From positions 1 to 56,983 of the IMG/VR virus record IMGVR_UViG_3300008261_000022: DNA of 56,983 nt, one strand, 5' to 3'. The position numbers were made by a program, and so were the translations under genes. Below, one piece after another: positions 19,801 through 28,243 of this stretch. The notes under the pieces are model-generated. The model was not told the origin of the DNA. It saw nothing but the letters and a program-made list of their open reading frames with translations, and ran no database searches. Numbering within the stretch: the first letter of the stretch is position 1; every line of letters starts with the position of its first letter. The stretch comes from a virus (lineage: Duplodnaviria; Caudoviricetes).

Positions 19801-22800
19801 TCAGGGAAGGCCGAATCAATCTTCTTGCCCGCCCGTGCTACCGCCCCGGAAACTTGTCTGCCGATACCTGGGATGTAGGTAACTGGCCCCAACTCAGGCA
19901 GGAACGGTACATCAGGGATCTTGGATGTCTCAATGGCTTTTGAGACCGGGGCAAGAGTCTCTCCGACATTTGTCAGGTACTCAATGCCGGCCTCCGATTG
20001 GGGTAGGGGAGTGCCCTCCTCAAGTTCTTTGATCTTCTGCTCGCCGCCAAAAAGCCCAACGAAGGGCTTGGCTAGCTCTTGGCCTACGATTGATTGGATG
20101 GTGCGAGCGGTCTCATACCCACCCCTCAACTTGTCAGCAAAGGGCAGTTCAGATACCCGCTTAGACTTGGCCTGCGCCTCTTCTTCTCGGGCGCGGTTCT
20201 CGTCTTCCATCATTTGGCGTGCAACCACGCCTTCGGGTCCGGGCGACATGAACACGGGAACCCCGGCGGCCATCTGTTTGCGGATCTCATCCCTTGGGTC
20301 ACCACCGGCTTGCATCTTGACCGCCCCACCGCGGGCGAACTTCTGTTCCTTGAAGTCTTTGCAGGGTCGGCTGCGCTTTAACTGCCACCCCTTGGGCTGG
20401 GTAACTAGGCCGCCCTTCTTGTAAGGCTGGCCCTTGACTGCTGAATCCTTGAGTTTGGGGGTAAGCTCAATCACATAGACCGGTTCGGTTATGTCTCCGT
20501 AACCTTTATCTACCGATACTCCGCGGCCGGTTTTAGTCTCTGCCTCATAGAACTCCCCGCCCATCTTCTTGGCGTACTTCTCAGCGAACCTCTTGAGTTT
20601 GTTGTCGTAGAACGCCTTCATCCCCTCTTCGCGGGGGGCGACCACTCCTGTATCCTCTTTTTGCATCTTCGCCCAAGTCTTCTTGGCGATCCGGTCTTTC
20701 TGATCCTCAGATAGCCCACGGGTAGTTGCATCTACGATCCGGCGCAGTTCCTCCTCAGATGAGACTTTTTCATTGCGATTCTCATTGAGCAGACCTCTTG
20801 CTCGAGCCTCGGCCTCAAGATTGATCCGGCCTGCAATACCGCCCCGTTGCTCTGTGGCAGCAACCTTCCATTCATTCCCGCCTTCCATCTTCTGCCAAGC
20901 AATCTCTTGGGTTCCCCACCGCTTGATCTGAGCGGGGGAGGCTGAGAACCCTACGCGGTCATAGCCATTCTTTGCGGCGTAGGCAAGGATGCGCTTAACG
21001 CCCAGCTCATGCCAATTGTCTTTGTACGGGGCATCCGGTAACTGCTCTTCAAATTCTAAAAGTTTTTTACGAACACCCTCAAGTTTTGCTAACTGATCTT
21101 TCCACCTTTGGTTCAATACTTTTAGTTGTGGGTCATCTTTTACTTTATCGGTGATTTCATACCAACTCAGTTCTGCGCCCGTTTCTTCCTTTATCTTCTG
21201 TTTGAGTTCTTGCTTAATTTTTTCGTTGTAATCATCGTATTCTTCTTGAAACTTTCTAAATTTTTCTGTTTCGGCTCGCTCTTCCTGAACGACCTTTTCC
21301 CTCGCCTCAACATTTGCCTTATCAAAATAGCCGGCCTCATTGCCCCGCTGATGCCAATCAGACTGCATCTCATCCACATAGAGCATCGGCTTTCCATCGG
21401 TCGTGGTTCGATCCTGAACCCGCATATGGAGGAGGACATTGGGTTCGCTCCAATGTGACCCCTGAACATCAGTAAACTCATGATCTGGATAAGAACGGGG
21501 GTTTACAATAAGTAACAACTCCCGGTAGTTTTGCCCGTTGTCTAATTGGTAGTCTGCAAAGCGGGTTTCCCCCTCGCCCATGAGTCCTTGGAGCATGGCA
21601 TCTTCTCTAGCCGCCCCCTGAGCCGACTCAAAGTCGCGATAATCCCCACGGCCTACCGGTATGTCATCAGGATCTTTAAGGTAATACCCCATGTCATCAC
21701 TACCGACGATGGTATATCCAGCAGAGTTTCTCCACTCATATTCGGGGCTTTCGTAATACTCTGACTCAGCTTGGTTGTAAGCTCTTTCCTTGATTCGCTC
21801 ATCAACCTCTTCATCAATCCGGCTTAGGATATTGGGGTCTTCAAGATCTTCCGGAGAATACTCATCCATGATTTCTTCACGGATTTTTTCCCTTGACCCT
21901 GGGAAATACTCATCAAACTCAAGGACATAGTCATCAGAACGGTCGCTGATATAACTGTCGTTTTCAATAACCCTTCCATCCCCGAAATCAAAGTCATTAT
22001 CATTGAAGTCGCCCTGCCTGTACTCAACCTCCGCAAACTTTATCTTTTTGTTGTCGATGTAGTCCCGAATCTCATCTCGGGTGACCGACTTCTTGCCTTG
22101 TAGGAAATCATTAAGATCGGCGTATTCCAGCTCATCATTGGACACCCCGGCCTTCTTTAGCTCAGAGAGGAAAGCCTCGCCAGACCCCTGCTTTCTCTGC
22201 ATATTGAGGATGGCCTTCTCCGCGGGGGAGTACAGACCTACCTGATTGGCCGGAGCCTTGACTGTCTCAGGCTTGGCCTTGACTTCCTTGGGCGTAATGA
22301 CCTGTTCAATTGATGGGCCAACGGCTTCCATCGACAGCCCGACCGGCAGCGGGGGCAGCTCCTTAACCTTATCCAAGGCACCGCTCATCATGCTTTGCAC
22401 CTGGGGCTTGACCCCGCGGACACCAGCCAATTGGGCTAACTCCGGCATGATCGGGGGGATCTTGTACTTAGTCTCAATCTCTTCTAAGAACTTGCCCACA
22501 TCCTGAACATAGGGCATCGCCTCAGCGGATATGTCGCCCGGAGCCATGAAACGCTCCACGGCCTCTTCCCCCGCCCGGATACCCTCTTGACTACCGAACT
22601 TCCCTGAGCTCAAGGTTCCGTAAAGGCCGACAAACGGGGAGACCATGCCCTTGGCTAGGCTCTTGCCGATAACGCCGGCCGCCTCAGCCCGCGGATCTGT
22701 CCTCGACTCCCGGTCACCGGAGAGCGCCTCAAGCATGGCATCGATCTCGCCCCCGGACTGCATCCGAACCTCGCCCCCGGCCTTCATGCCTTCAGGGTTC

Positions 22801-23768
22801 AGTTGAGCCTCAACCATCGCAGCGTTCATCCCTGGGTAGTACTTGACCAGCTCATCCGCTCCAATCTTGCCCTCCTTAAACGACTGTATATCGGATGATC
22901 TTTTCGCCTGGGCTTGTTGGCTCTGCGTATAGGAGGCAGCACCACCGGAAGCGGCGTACCAATCTTTGAGGTTCTTATCAATTGCGCCGCCTTTGGCATA
23001 AGGGATGCCCGTACCGCCACCCCATACCTCAGGGGCAACTTCGCCGCCCTCAGCAAATTGCTCGGGTAGGGCACGGCGCAGGTCAATGATGTCGCTTGTA
23101 ATATCCTCTGGGTTCACAAGCAGGGGGTTGCCATGCTCACGCGACAAGGCTTCCAAGTACTCCTGCCGGGAGCGGCGTGGCAAAGCCTCGCGCACAGACC
23201 CTCTTGGCAGAGTGCGAACCAAGGTTGATTCATCACCTAACTCTTCTAACGCCCTCATACGATGGCGACCTTCATGGCCTGGGATGTTTAGGTATGCGGA
23301 GCCTTTTGGTTTGCCTAGCTCAAGGAATGGCACATCCTCAAACCCCTTATCGCGGGCAATGACCCCTAACTCTCTGACATATTCATCGAGGGACTTGTTT
23401 CCCTTGCTCATGTCCGAACCCGACACATTGAGCGGGGAGGCAAAATTCTCAAAGTCTCCCGGCCGCATGATCATTAGGGTTTGGGCGTTATCCCCTCTAA
23501 GGGCGCTGAGCAAAGCCTCATCATCATATTGCCGATAGATATTTGGCACTTCATCAAAGATTCGCTCTAGCCGTTGAACCCCGTATTGACCCTCGCGCTC
23601 TCTGACCTGCGGCTCAAGAGTCTTGTACTTAGACTTCTTGGCCATGTCCCGCGCCGCGCTGACCGCCTTCTCGCTTGCCTTCGTGGCAGCCTTGGCTGTC
23701 TTCTTAGCAATACCGCCGCCTGCCATTTGGCTTTCGTACCAGGCTTTGAGTTTGAGATCAGGCTTCAT
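16836..23768 (-). CDS. Giant modular (polyvalent/polyprotein-like) protein: ParB-like module, two paralogous E-x-QSDWHQ modules and a C-terminal module, separated by xxGG motifs
   Basis: 2310-aa ORF between terL and portal; internal duplication visible; GHEGRHR motif. Confidence 0.85.
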   Translation of the reverse strand: MKPDLKLKAWYESQMAGGGIAKKTAKAATKASEKAVSAARDMAKKSKYKTLEPQVREREGQYGVQRLERIFDEVPNIYRQYDDEALLSALRGDNAQTLMIMRPGDFENFASPLNVSGSDMSKGNKSLDEYVRELGVIARDKGFEDVPFLELGKPKGSAYLNIPGHEGRHRMRALEELGDESTLVRTLPRGSVREALPRRSRQEYLEALSREHGNPLLVNPEDITSDIIDLRRALPEQFAEGGEVAPEVWGGGTGIPYAKGGAIDKNLKDWYAASGGAASYTQSQQAQAKRSSDIQSFKEGKIGADELVKYYPGMNAAMVEAQLNPEGMKAGGEVRMQSGGEIDAMLEALSGDRESRTDPRAEAAGVIGKSLAKGMVSPFVGLYGTLSSGKFGSQEGIRAGEEAVERFMAPGDISAEAMPYVQDVGKFLEEIETKYKIPPIMPELAQLAGVRGVKPQVQSMMSGALDKVKELPPLPVGLSMEAVGPSIEQVITPKEVKAKPETVKAPANQVGLYSPAEKAILNMQRKQGSGEAFLSELKKAGVSNDELEYADLNDFLQGKKSVTRDEIRDYIDNKKIKFAEVEYRQGDFNDNDFDFGDGRVIENDSYISDRSDDYVLEFDEYFPGSREKIREEIMDEYSPEDLEDPNILSRIDEEVDERIKERAYNQAESEYYESPEYEWRNSAGYTIVGSDDMGYYLKDPDDIPVGRGDYRDFESAQGAAREDAMLQGLMGEGETRFADYQLDNGQNYRELLLIVNPRSYPDHEFTDVQGSHWSEPNVLLHMRVQDRTTTDGKPMLYVDEMQSDWHQRGNEAGYFDKANVEAREKVVQEERAETEKFRKFQEEYDDYNEKIKQELKQKIKEETGAELSWYEITDKVKDDPQLKVLNQRWKDQLAKLEGVRKKLLEFEEQLPDAPYKDNWHELGVKRILAYAAKNGYDRVGFSASPAQIKRWGTQEIAWQKMEGGNEWKVAATEQRGGIAGRINLEAEARARGLLNENRNEKVSSEEELRRIVDATTRGLSEDQKDRIAKKTWAKMQKEDTGVVAPREEGMKAFYDNKLKRFAEKYAKKMGGEFYEAETKTGRGVSVDKGYGDITEPVYVIELTPKLKDSAVKGQPYKKGGLVTQPKGWQLKRSRPCKDFKEQKFARGGAVKMQAGGDPRDEIRKQMAAGVPVFMSPGPEGVVARQMMEDENRAREEEAQAKSKRVSELPFADKLRGGYETARTIQSIVGQELAKPFVGLFGGEQKIKELEEGTPLPQSEAGIEYLTNVGETLAPVSKAIETSKIPDVPFLPELGPVTYIPGIGRQVSGAVARAGKKIDSAFPESLRNLPVGGSTVPPAGAPSAAEAISGKVKVPADELGFYSATEKAAVNLQRKSGSGQSFLNDITKQPGVKKDELEAIGLTEWLKSKTAVTKDEVVDYINNNKIQVQEVVRAQNMTEAEINKMNELETLISKGFYDIPQEDLDWFETTKKRYLDNPPPKFDSQDLNLPGGKNYRELLLTLPTNIKQGSEITVNIPKNWEILPQSQVFGGTTFDVNKGWYVVDGRTDIRGTGNTIEEAIKDAKIDPSLPTQPVTLKNASGVDYKSPHWEEPNVLAHIRMQDRDIDGKKTLVIEEVQSDWHQAGRDKGYGANRPMPKRDADELIALHSTEMTPYQIEWLKNFSNRWSETDESNLDSINALTKEYDDWIGSQKLLGVPDAPFKEDWYQLALKRAVKYASDNDYDAVAIVGGKEQANRYALSRKVDAIGVEKGDGKRTVSIQTKGGGTIVLGVDDDGMVTSSTQRHFDRAVGKPITDVVGKAVGKKVMEMDKGVISGQGLDIGGEGMKKYYDDVYPKFLEKQYKKYGVKPQRKGVAVQRYGYDDVTSEPTGDVDGFGDEVMWYEVRDPNTNERLGGGYSEDKALKEANKAETGIWVMDLPANLKSDVKIGQSYKKGGLVKDEKLKAWHEERMAKGGIAKIAKAAEKASKRMSKAEAEAAGYWHDISETRLAKPIGEYKSKVVDDPSVQLLPRKIITPEDIQNGIAIPFAGDRAAAGRIIQEIEGTPMNVILEGGPDFMRLHPGSAWASGQGVLSMLAKRIKMARESGQPIYGVYTAMSPLSVDFNTMMTEALLNQMDISAFSKKDIEAFNAAVKAVKGQGGKPKAPNFPGLEDPELRDKLITGPGGQRDAFVKAMAKAGFQKRGFPDVAATRLAVTDPELLDVERGASGYTIARLDPEATIFEKSGHSTYPLDLGGDYFGSFENQLPVEQMYPTHFEAKRLMGKTPEGAHKSLELFAPLQDLDQSWLDSAMKYREMQKKLTGRKKGGLAHAMN

Positions 23769-23825
23769 TGATGCACCGATAAAGTGATAAGCGAGATTGT
23801 CCCGCCTTCATCAATTGCTTGCCAC

Positions 23826-25247
23826 TCAGGATGCATATGGATTCTCCCTCTTCTTCCATGCGCCTGAGTCGATGTAGTCTTCCTCGTCATAGTCTTCCTG
23901 AGGCGGCGGGTCGATCTCAAGCCAGCCGGCATCCCGCAGGAACCGCAGCGCCTGGGTGCAGGCATCCACAAAGTCATCATGAGTGGACTCAGGGAAGGAG
24001 CATATCTGTGAGACAAAAGGCTCAGCCCAATCCCGGACATAGCCTTCCTTGACCGTGCTCTCCGGTATCCACACCCTCCCTCGAGCAATGATGTTGGACA
24101 CGATATTGAGGCGCTGAACCTTGTCCGCATTCCCTGGGTTATATGCCCTGACCGGCAGGTGGGCCCGCTGCAAGTCCTGGATCAGGCTAATGCCAGCCGA
24201 CTTGTCCTCAACCAAGATCAGGTCAACCCGCTTCTTTTCCCTGCCCTCACCGAAGATGGTGTCGTACTCCTCAATGACCTTTGGCCGCAGGTCGGGGTAT
24301 TGCAGGCGGTCTTGCCAGCAGTCAATCACCATGACCGACATCGGGCCATCCACGGGCTTGAACACCCCCCAAGTAATGCAGGCGGTTGGGTCGTTGATGG
24401 TCTTTTCCGTATAGGCGCAGTCATAGGACTGAACGATGTACTCAAATTTGGGAAAGGCTTTCTGAGCCGGCCAGAGCTTGAACATCTCCCGCTTGACGAT
24501 CCCGGACTCCTCCGGGTCGATGATCTCAGCGTAGATCTCCTGCCTTCCCAGCTTCGTTCCCTCATATTGGAGGATCTGCTTTTGGAAGGAGGGAGCCAGA
24601 TTGGCGAGATTGTCATAGGTTGAGGCGGTAGTCAGCACCACATCATTGCCCTCCCGCCCTACTAGATCCACGATCAGGTCTTTAGGCTTTGGGGTTGTCG
24701 TACAGATAATCCGGGTCTTCTTGCCTAGTCGCACCCCGAACATGATCTGATCCCAGGCCTCATCGAGGTAGTCCCAAGCGGCCAACTCATCCAGCCATGC
24801 CCCGTGGAACTGTGGCCCCCGGAACCGCTCTGGCTCCGAAGCTGGGATGCCTTTGATCAGGGAGCCGTTAATCAATTTAAGCTCATGGAAGGCGCGGTTG
24901 TAATCTGCCACAAGTGAACTGGGTATAACTGATAAAAGCCCTGAGTCCCCTTCAAAACAAGTTGCTCTGACATCGGAGGAGGTTGGTGCGCCCACCAGCC
25001 AGCGAGTGCCTTCCTCCTGCCATGCCCACCACCCCACTTGCTCCGCAGCCGTCCTGGTCTTGCCGGCACCGCGGCCGGCGAGCATAAGCCATATCGTCCA
25101 CCAATCCCCAGCCGGGATAACCTGGTGCCTATGCGCCTTAGATACCCAGTTAGCCCTCCAAGCCCAGGCGACCTGATCCTCAGGCTTGAGTTGAGAGAAT
25201 TTGGCCTGAGTGTCCGGGTCTTTAAGGATCTCAAGAACTTCATCCAT
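23826..25247 (-). CDS. terL: Terminase large subunit
   Basis: Walker A AGRGAGKT, Walker B WLDELA, motif III TTTP, nuclease acidic residues (SYDCA, VEDKSAG, HDDFVDA). Confidence 0.95.
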   Translation of the reverse strand: MDEVLEILKDPDTQAKFSQLKPEDQVAWAWRANWVSKAHRHQVIPAGDWWTIWLMLAGRGAGKTRTAAEQVGWWAWQEEGTRWLVGAPTSSDVRATCFEGDSGLLSVIPSSLVADYNRAFHELKLINGSLIKGIPASEPERFRGPQFHGAWLDELAAWDYLDEAWDQIMFGVRLGKKTRIICTTTPKPKDLIVDLVGREGNDVVLTTASTYDNLANLAPSFQKQILQYEGTKLGRQEIYAEIIDPEESGIVKREMFKLWPAQKAFPKFEYIVQSYDCAYTEKTINDPTACITWGVFKPVDGPMSVMVIDCWQDRLQYPDLRPKVIEEYDTIFGEGREKKRVDLILVEDKSAGISLIQDLQRAHLPVRAYNPGNADKVQRLNIVSNIIARGRVWIPESTVKEGYVRDWAEPFVSQICSFPESTHDDFVDACTQALRFLRDAGWLEIDPPPQEDYDEEDYIDSGAWKKRENPYAS

Positions 25248-25419
25248 TCCTGATCACGCGGGCTATGTCGACGGGTGTCATATGGGGAATCTCTGCCACC
25301 TCAGCGCACTTCTCCCTCTGCCTCATGGCGATGAGCCTACCAACTAGGAGCTCAAACCCCCCAACCTTGATGTCGGGGTGGATCTCATGGATCGCATCCT
25401 CGATCTCTTGGTCGGTCAT
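25240..25419 (-). CDS. Small hypothetical protein (59 aa, not in ORF track)
   Basis: MTDQEIEDAIHEIHPDIKVGGFELLVGRLIAMRQREKCAEVAE...; overlaps terS stop and terL start. Confidence 0.65.
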   Translation of the reverse strand: MTDQEIEDAIHEIHPDIKVGGFELLVGRLIAMRQREKCAEVAEIPHMTPVDIARVIRNG

Positions 25420-25991
25420 TGGGCCGCCTGTTTTTTCAGCTCTAGGTTTTGCAGCAAGCTGTCAAACAATCCCTTGGCCTCTATGGAAGCCTCTACCTTC
25501 AACGGGTTGTCCTTATCCCCGGCCAGCTCCATCCGGTCGCCGTATTTCCTGGGCTTGAGCTTCGATGCAGTCCACTTCCGGGCATCTATCCTCAGGCGCA
25601 TCCAGTTGATGTAGGCAGAATCAAAAGAGGTATTGCCCTCCTTGTCTGTCTTCTCCATAGGCATCTGATCCGCTATGGCATGAATCTCATCAGCAAGGGT
25701 ATCGGCCTGATCCTCCCTTGCCTTCGTGTACATATCCGAAAACTCTGGAAATCGGGACAGCCAAAGGTAGACAGTACTCTGTACCGGCATACCCTCTTCT
25801 TGGCATATCTGTCTTAGAGCCTCTCCATTTGCTATTCGGGTGCAAAGGTCTGCGGCCAAGGCTTCATCGTATTTTGTCGGGCGACCACCCGGATGTTTCG
25901 GCTTGGCAGCACTAGGCTCCGCTTGGGTCAAAACCAAATTGGATTCCAAATTGGTTTCTTTTTGTTTAGATTTTGTTCGAGTTTCAGGCAT
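25416..25991 (-). CDS. terS: Terminase small subunit (Sf6 gp1-like)
   Basis: GGRPTKY..LCTRIANGEALRQIC...TVYLWL...Y.KARE.QAD...RIDARKW.ASKL.PRKYGD. Confidence 0.9.
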   Translation of the reverse strand: MPETRTKSKQKETNLESNLVLTQAEPSAAKPKHPGGRPTKYDEALAADLCTRIANGEALRQICQEEGMPVQSTVYLWLSRFPEFSDMYTKAREDQADTLADEIHAIADQMPMEKTDKEGNTSFDSAYINWMRLRIDARKWTASKLKPRKYGDRMELAGDKDNPLKVEASIEAKGLFDSLLQNLELKKQAAQ

Positions 25992-26064
25992 GACCCTTAG
26001 TCCAATCGAATGGAGGAGGCTAAAAGTCTACGGTGTATCCTGATTTATCGCTACTGAGTCGGGC

Positions 26065-26153
26065 GGGGGCAGATTTGGTGGTTTGACTAGACCGGATGGA
26101 AAGTAGGAAAAACTCCGGTATCCCACATCCTCTGTCGCCTACTTGACACCCCC
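26065..26153 (-). ncRNA. Candidate structured RNA/cis element upstream of terS
   Basis: Terminal GGGGG/CCCCC stem, inner ACCGGA/TCCGGT stem, 7-nt AAGTAGG/CCTACTT complementarity into its loop. Confidence 0.35.
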
Positions 26154-26292
26154 TAAGGTGGTGGGGCGGGTGTGTACAACAACCGAACCCCACATTGCCG
26201 GAATCCTTTTGTTCCCGCCCCATGCGTATGGAGGCAAGTACCCCCATGCGTATTGGTACCGGAGTCTTTAGGTGCTCCGGTTCACCCCTCTT

Positions 26293-26517
26293 TTAGACTT
26301 GCTCTACCCCCGTGGGGGTCACCTCCATGATCTTGACACTAGATGGCAACATAGCATCGATACCGGTTTGGAGGCCGTGCATCCACAGTTTGTCGCAGAA
26401 CTCTAAGAAGTGCATTTCGGCCAAACTTCCGGGTTCAAACTCAATCCCCGCCCCGGCCGCCTGATCCAAAAGCATGATCTTATGTGGCATCCGGTCGGTT
26501 TCAAATCTTATGCTCAT
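26293..26517 (-). CDS. Hypothetical protein
   Basis: GAGGAG RBS, ATGA coupling. Confidence 0.65.
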   Translation of the reverse strand: MSIRFETDRMPHKIMLLDQAAGAGIEFEPGSLAEMHFLEFCDKLWMHGLQTGIDAMLPSSVKIMEVTPTGVEQV

Positions 26518-26735
26518 CTCGCTTCTCCTCTTTTGTTTTTTTTCTTTAATCGCTCCCAAATGTCCATGGCGTTTTGGTAGCCCTCTACTGTACCCCTAAC
26601 CCAAAGAGCCGCACCGAATAATAAAAACTTGTTGAGACCCTCCGGCGTATTCGGTATTTGGACTCCATAATTCTTCGCCGTTGACAAAAGTTCTCTAATT
26701 GTAAATTTAGGTCTTGACTCAGATTTTTTGATCAC
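26514..26735 (-). CDS. Hypothetical protein
   Basis: Overlapping chain of small early genes. Confidence 0.6.
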   Translation of the reverse strand: MIKKSESRPKFTIRELLSTAKNYGVQIPNTPEGLNKFLLFGAALWVRGTVEGYQNAMDIWERLKKKNKRGEAR

Positions 26736-26937
26736 TACGCTTCTCCTCTATTGTAATCGTGTATGCCGTGCCGTGCTTATCCACGACATTGATGATTTTC
26801 CTAGTAGATCGATAAGATCCATCCCGATCAAGGTCAAACTGAACCTTGCCAACAGAGTCGATCATGGCATCCTGATCGATCCTCTTCAGGTTCTTTTGGA
26901 TGATGTGGGATATGTAGTCACAATAGGCAAGGATCAT
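26719..26937 (-). CDS. Hypothetical protein
   Basis: GAGGAG RBS, ATGA coupling. Confidence 0.7.
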   Translation of the reverse strand: MILAYCDYISHIIQKNLKRIDQDAMIDSVGKVQFDLDRDGSYRSTRKIINVVDKHGTAYTITIEEKRSDQKI

Positions 26938-27137
26938 TTGTCCCGCTCCTCAAAGATTTCAAATGCACGGATAAATAGATCAGGCCAAGTCGATTGGATC
27001 TTTTCCCGATTAACTGAGTCTGCCTTGAACCATGTGAGGGCAAGGGACTCCGCAAACCCCCCTAAATGGCCATTAGCCATCAGGTTGGATGCTTGGTGGA
27101 AATCCACGGGTTTCCTAAGTTTGATTACATTGCTCAT
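26934..27137 (-). CDS. Hypothetical protein
   Basis: GGFAESLALTWFKADSVN...WPDLF; GGAGG RBS. Confidence 0.7.
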   Translation of the reverse strand: MSNVIKLRKPVDFHQASNLMANGHLGGFAESLALTWFKADSVNREKIQSTWPDLFIRAFEIFEERDK

Positions 27138-27289
27138 CGATTCATCCTCCATCCGTACCAAGTTCCGATAGGGGCGGTTTCGTTTAACTCATCGGCCTTC
27201 TCTAAGACCTCCCCTTTCTCCCAAGAAAAGAACACCTCTTCGGAGTCCTTTTCTTTCTCAAATTTCTCAACTACCCATCCCGTGCTCAT
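27134..27289 (-). CDS. Small acidic hypothetical protein (51 aa, not in ORF track)
   Basis: MSTGWVVEKFEKEKDSEEVFFSWEKGEVLEKADELNE...; GAGGTG RBS; ATGA overlap with next gene. Confidence 0.6.
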   Translation of the reverse strand: MSTGWVVEKFEKEKDSEEVFFSWEKGEVLEKADELNETAPIGTWYGWRMNR

Positions 27290-27297
27290 ATGTCACC

Positions 27298-27744
27298 TCA
27301 CACAAAAGTATATTGATTGGGATACTTCTTATCCAAGAATTCCTTAGCCTTTGTTAAATCTAAAGTCTTTAAAGGTCTGAACGAATAGTCCGGATCGTTA
27401 AGCAAACGGAAAAGCGTATTCTGCTTGCGGTACCGACTGAGTTTCTTTTCCCACTCATATGCCGTTACCAACTCTTCCATAAACAGATCTACGGAAGCAT
27501 CTAACACAACGGGTTCGCAACCCTCCGGAAGATTCTTCATTTCAATCTTTGGAAGAGTCTTTACATATGCTTCGATATCTGCTTTGGCTTGTGCATCCGA
27601 CCAATCGATGTCCAAACAACCACCGACACCGGCCTCATGTACAAACGCAACCTTTTTGTTGTTACGGTAGAGGTTAAATTGATAACCACCACCATCATAA
27701 GTTGTCCAAGTTTTCAAACCTTTGATTGCTAATTGCTCTTTCAT
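27298..27744 (-). CDS. Hypothetical early protein
   Basis: GAGGAG RBS; 148-aa ORF. Confidence 0.75.
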   Translation of the reverse strand: MKEQLAIKGLKTWTTYDGGGYQFNLYRNNKKVAFVHEAGVGGCLDIDWSDAQAKADIEAYVKTLPKIEMKNLPEGCEPVVLDASVDLFMEELVTAYEWEKKLSRYRKQNTLFRLLNDPDYSFRPLKTLDLTKAKEFLDKKYPNQYTFV

Positions 27745-27754
27745 AATATTCTCC

Positions 27755-27943
27755 TCAGTTATTTAGATCTAACATATCGATGTCTACACGGTAGGTTGGA
27801 TTAATAACCCAACCAATTTCTGCACGGATCGTAATTCTTGGGCTATCTTCAGTCTGATCTTCCGTGGCAATAAAGGTGCATTTGTCATCACCCGGATCTT
27901 GCCACTCAGGTTTAATCTTTACGATGTCTCCTTTCTTAATCAT
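27755..27943 (-). CDS. Small SH3/KOW-like hypothetical protein
   Basis: MIKKGDIVKIKPEWQD. Confidence 0.65.
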   Translation of the reverse strand: MIKKGDIVKIKPEWQDPGDDKCTFIATEDQTEDSPRITIRAEIGWVINPTYRVDIDMLDLNN

Positions 27944-27945
27944 TG

Positions 27946-28233
27946 TTATGCTCCGATAGCGTAGTAATAACCAACCGCGAAAATCCTTACTCTTTTCTTG
28001 CCACTCTTTAATTGATATACATCGAATTGAGGCACCGAACCCGTGAAGTGAACTACCGCCTCCGTGATCAAATTAATATCCTCTTGATCTTTGTAATCAA
28101 TAGAGCATTGAATAGGTAACTTCCAATGCTCCTTATTTTTTACGCGATCAAATGCTGAATGCAATTCTTCTTGCGAATACACACGGGTAGAGCGTGGTGT
28201 GACATCTTTGATGTGAACGAATGTAATTGTCAT
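27946..28233 (-). CDS. Hypothetical early protein
   Basis: AAGGAG RBS. Confidence 0.7.
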   Translation of the reverse strand: MTITFVHIKDVTPRSTRVYSQEELHSAFDRVKNKEHWKLPIQCSIDYKDQEDINLITEAVVHFTGSVPQFDVYQLKSGKKRVRIFAVGYYYAIGA

Positions 28234-28243
28234 GACTATCTCC

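Noticed and set aside
19921-23538. Plus-strand ORFs such as 19921..20424 and 23005..23538
   Set aside because: Antisense shadows of the 2310-aa gene with no RBS or recognisable motifs; the same applies to most plus-strand ORFs outside 34.5-37.5 kb
26050-26290. tRNA gene
   Set aside because: No cloverleaf with a correctly placed T-loop and acceptor stem could be built on either strand
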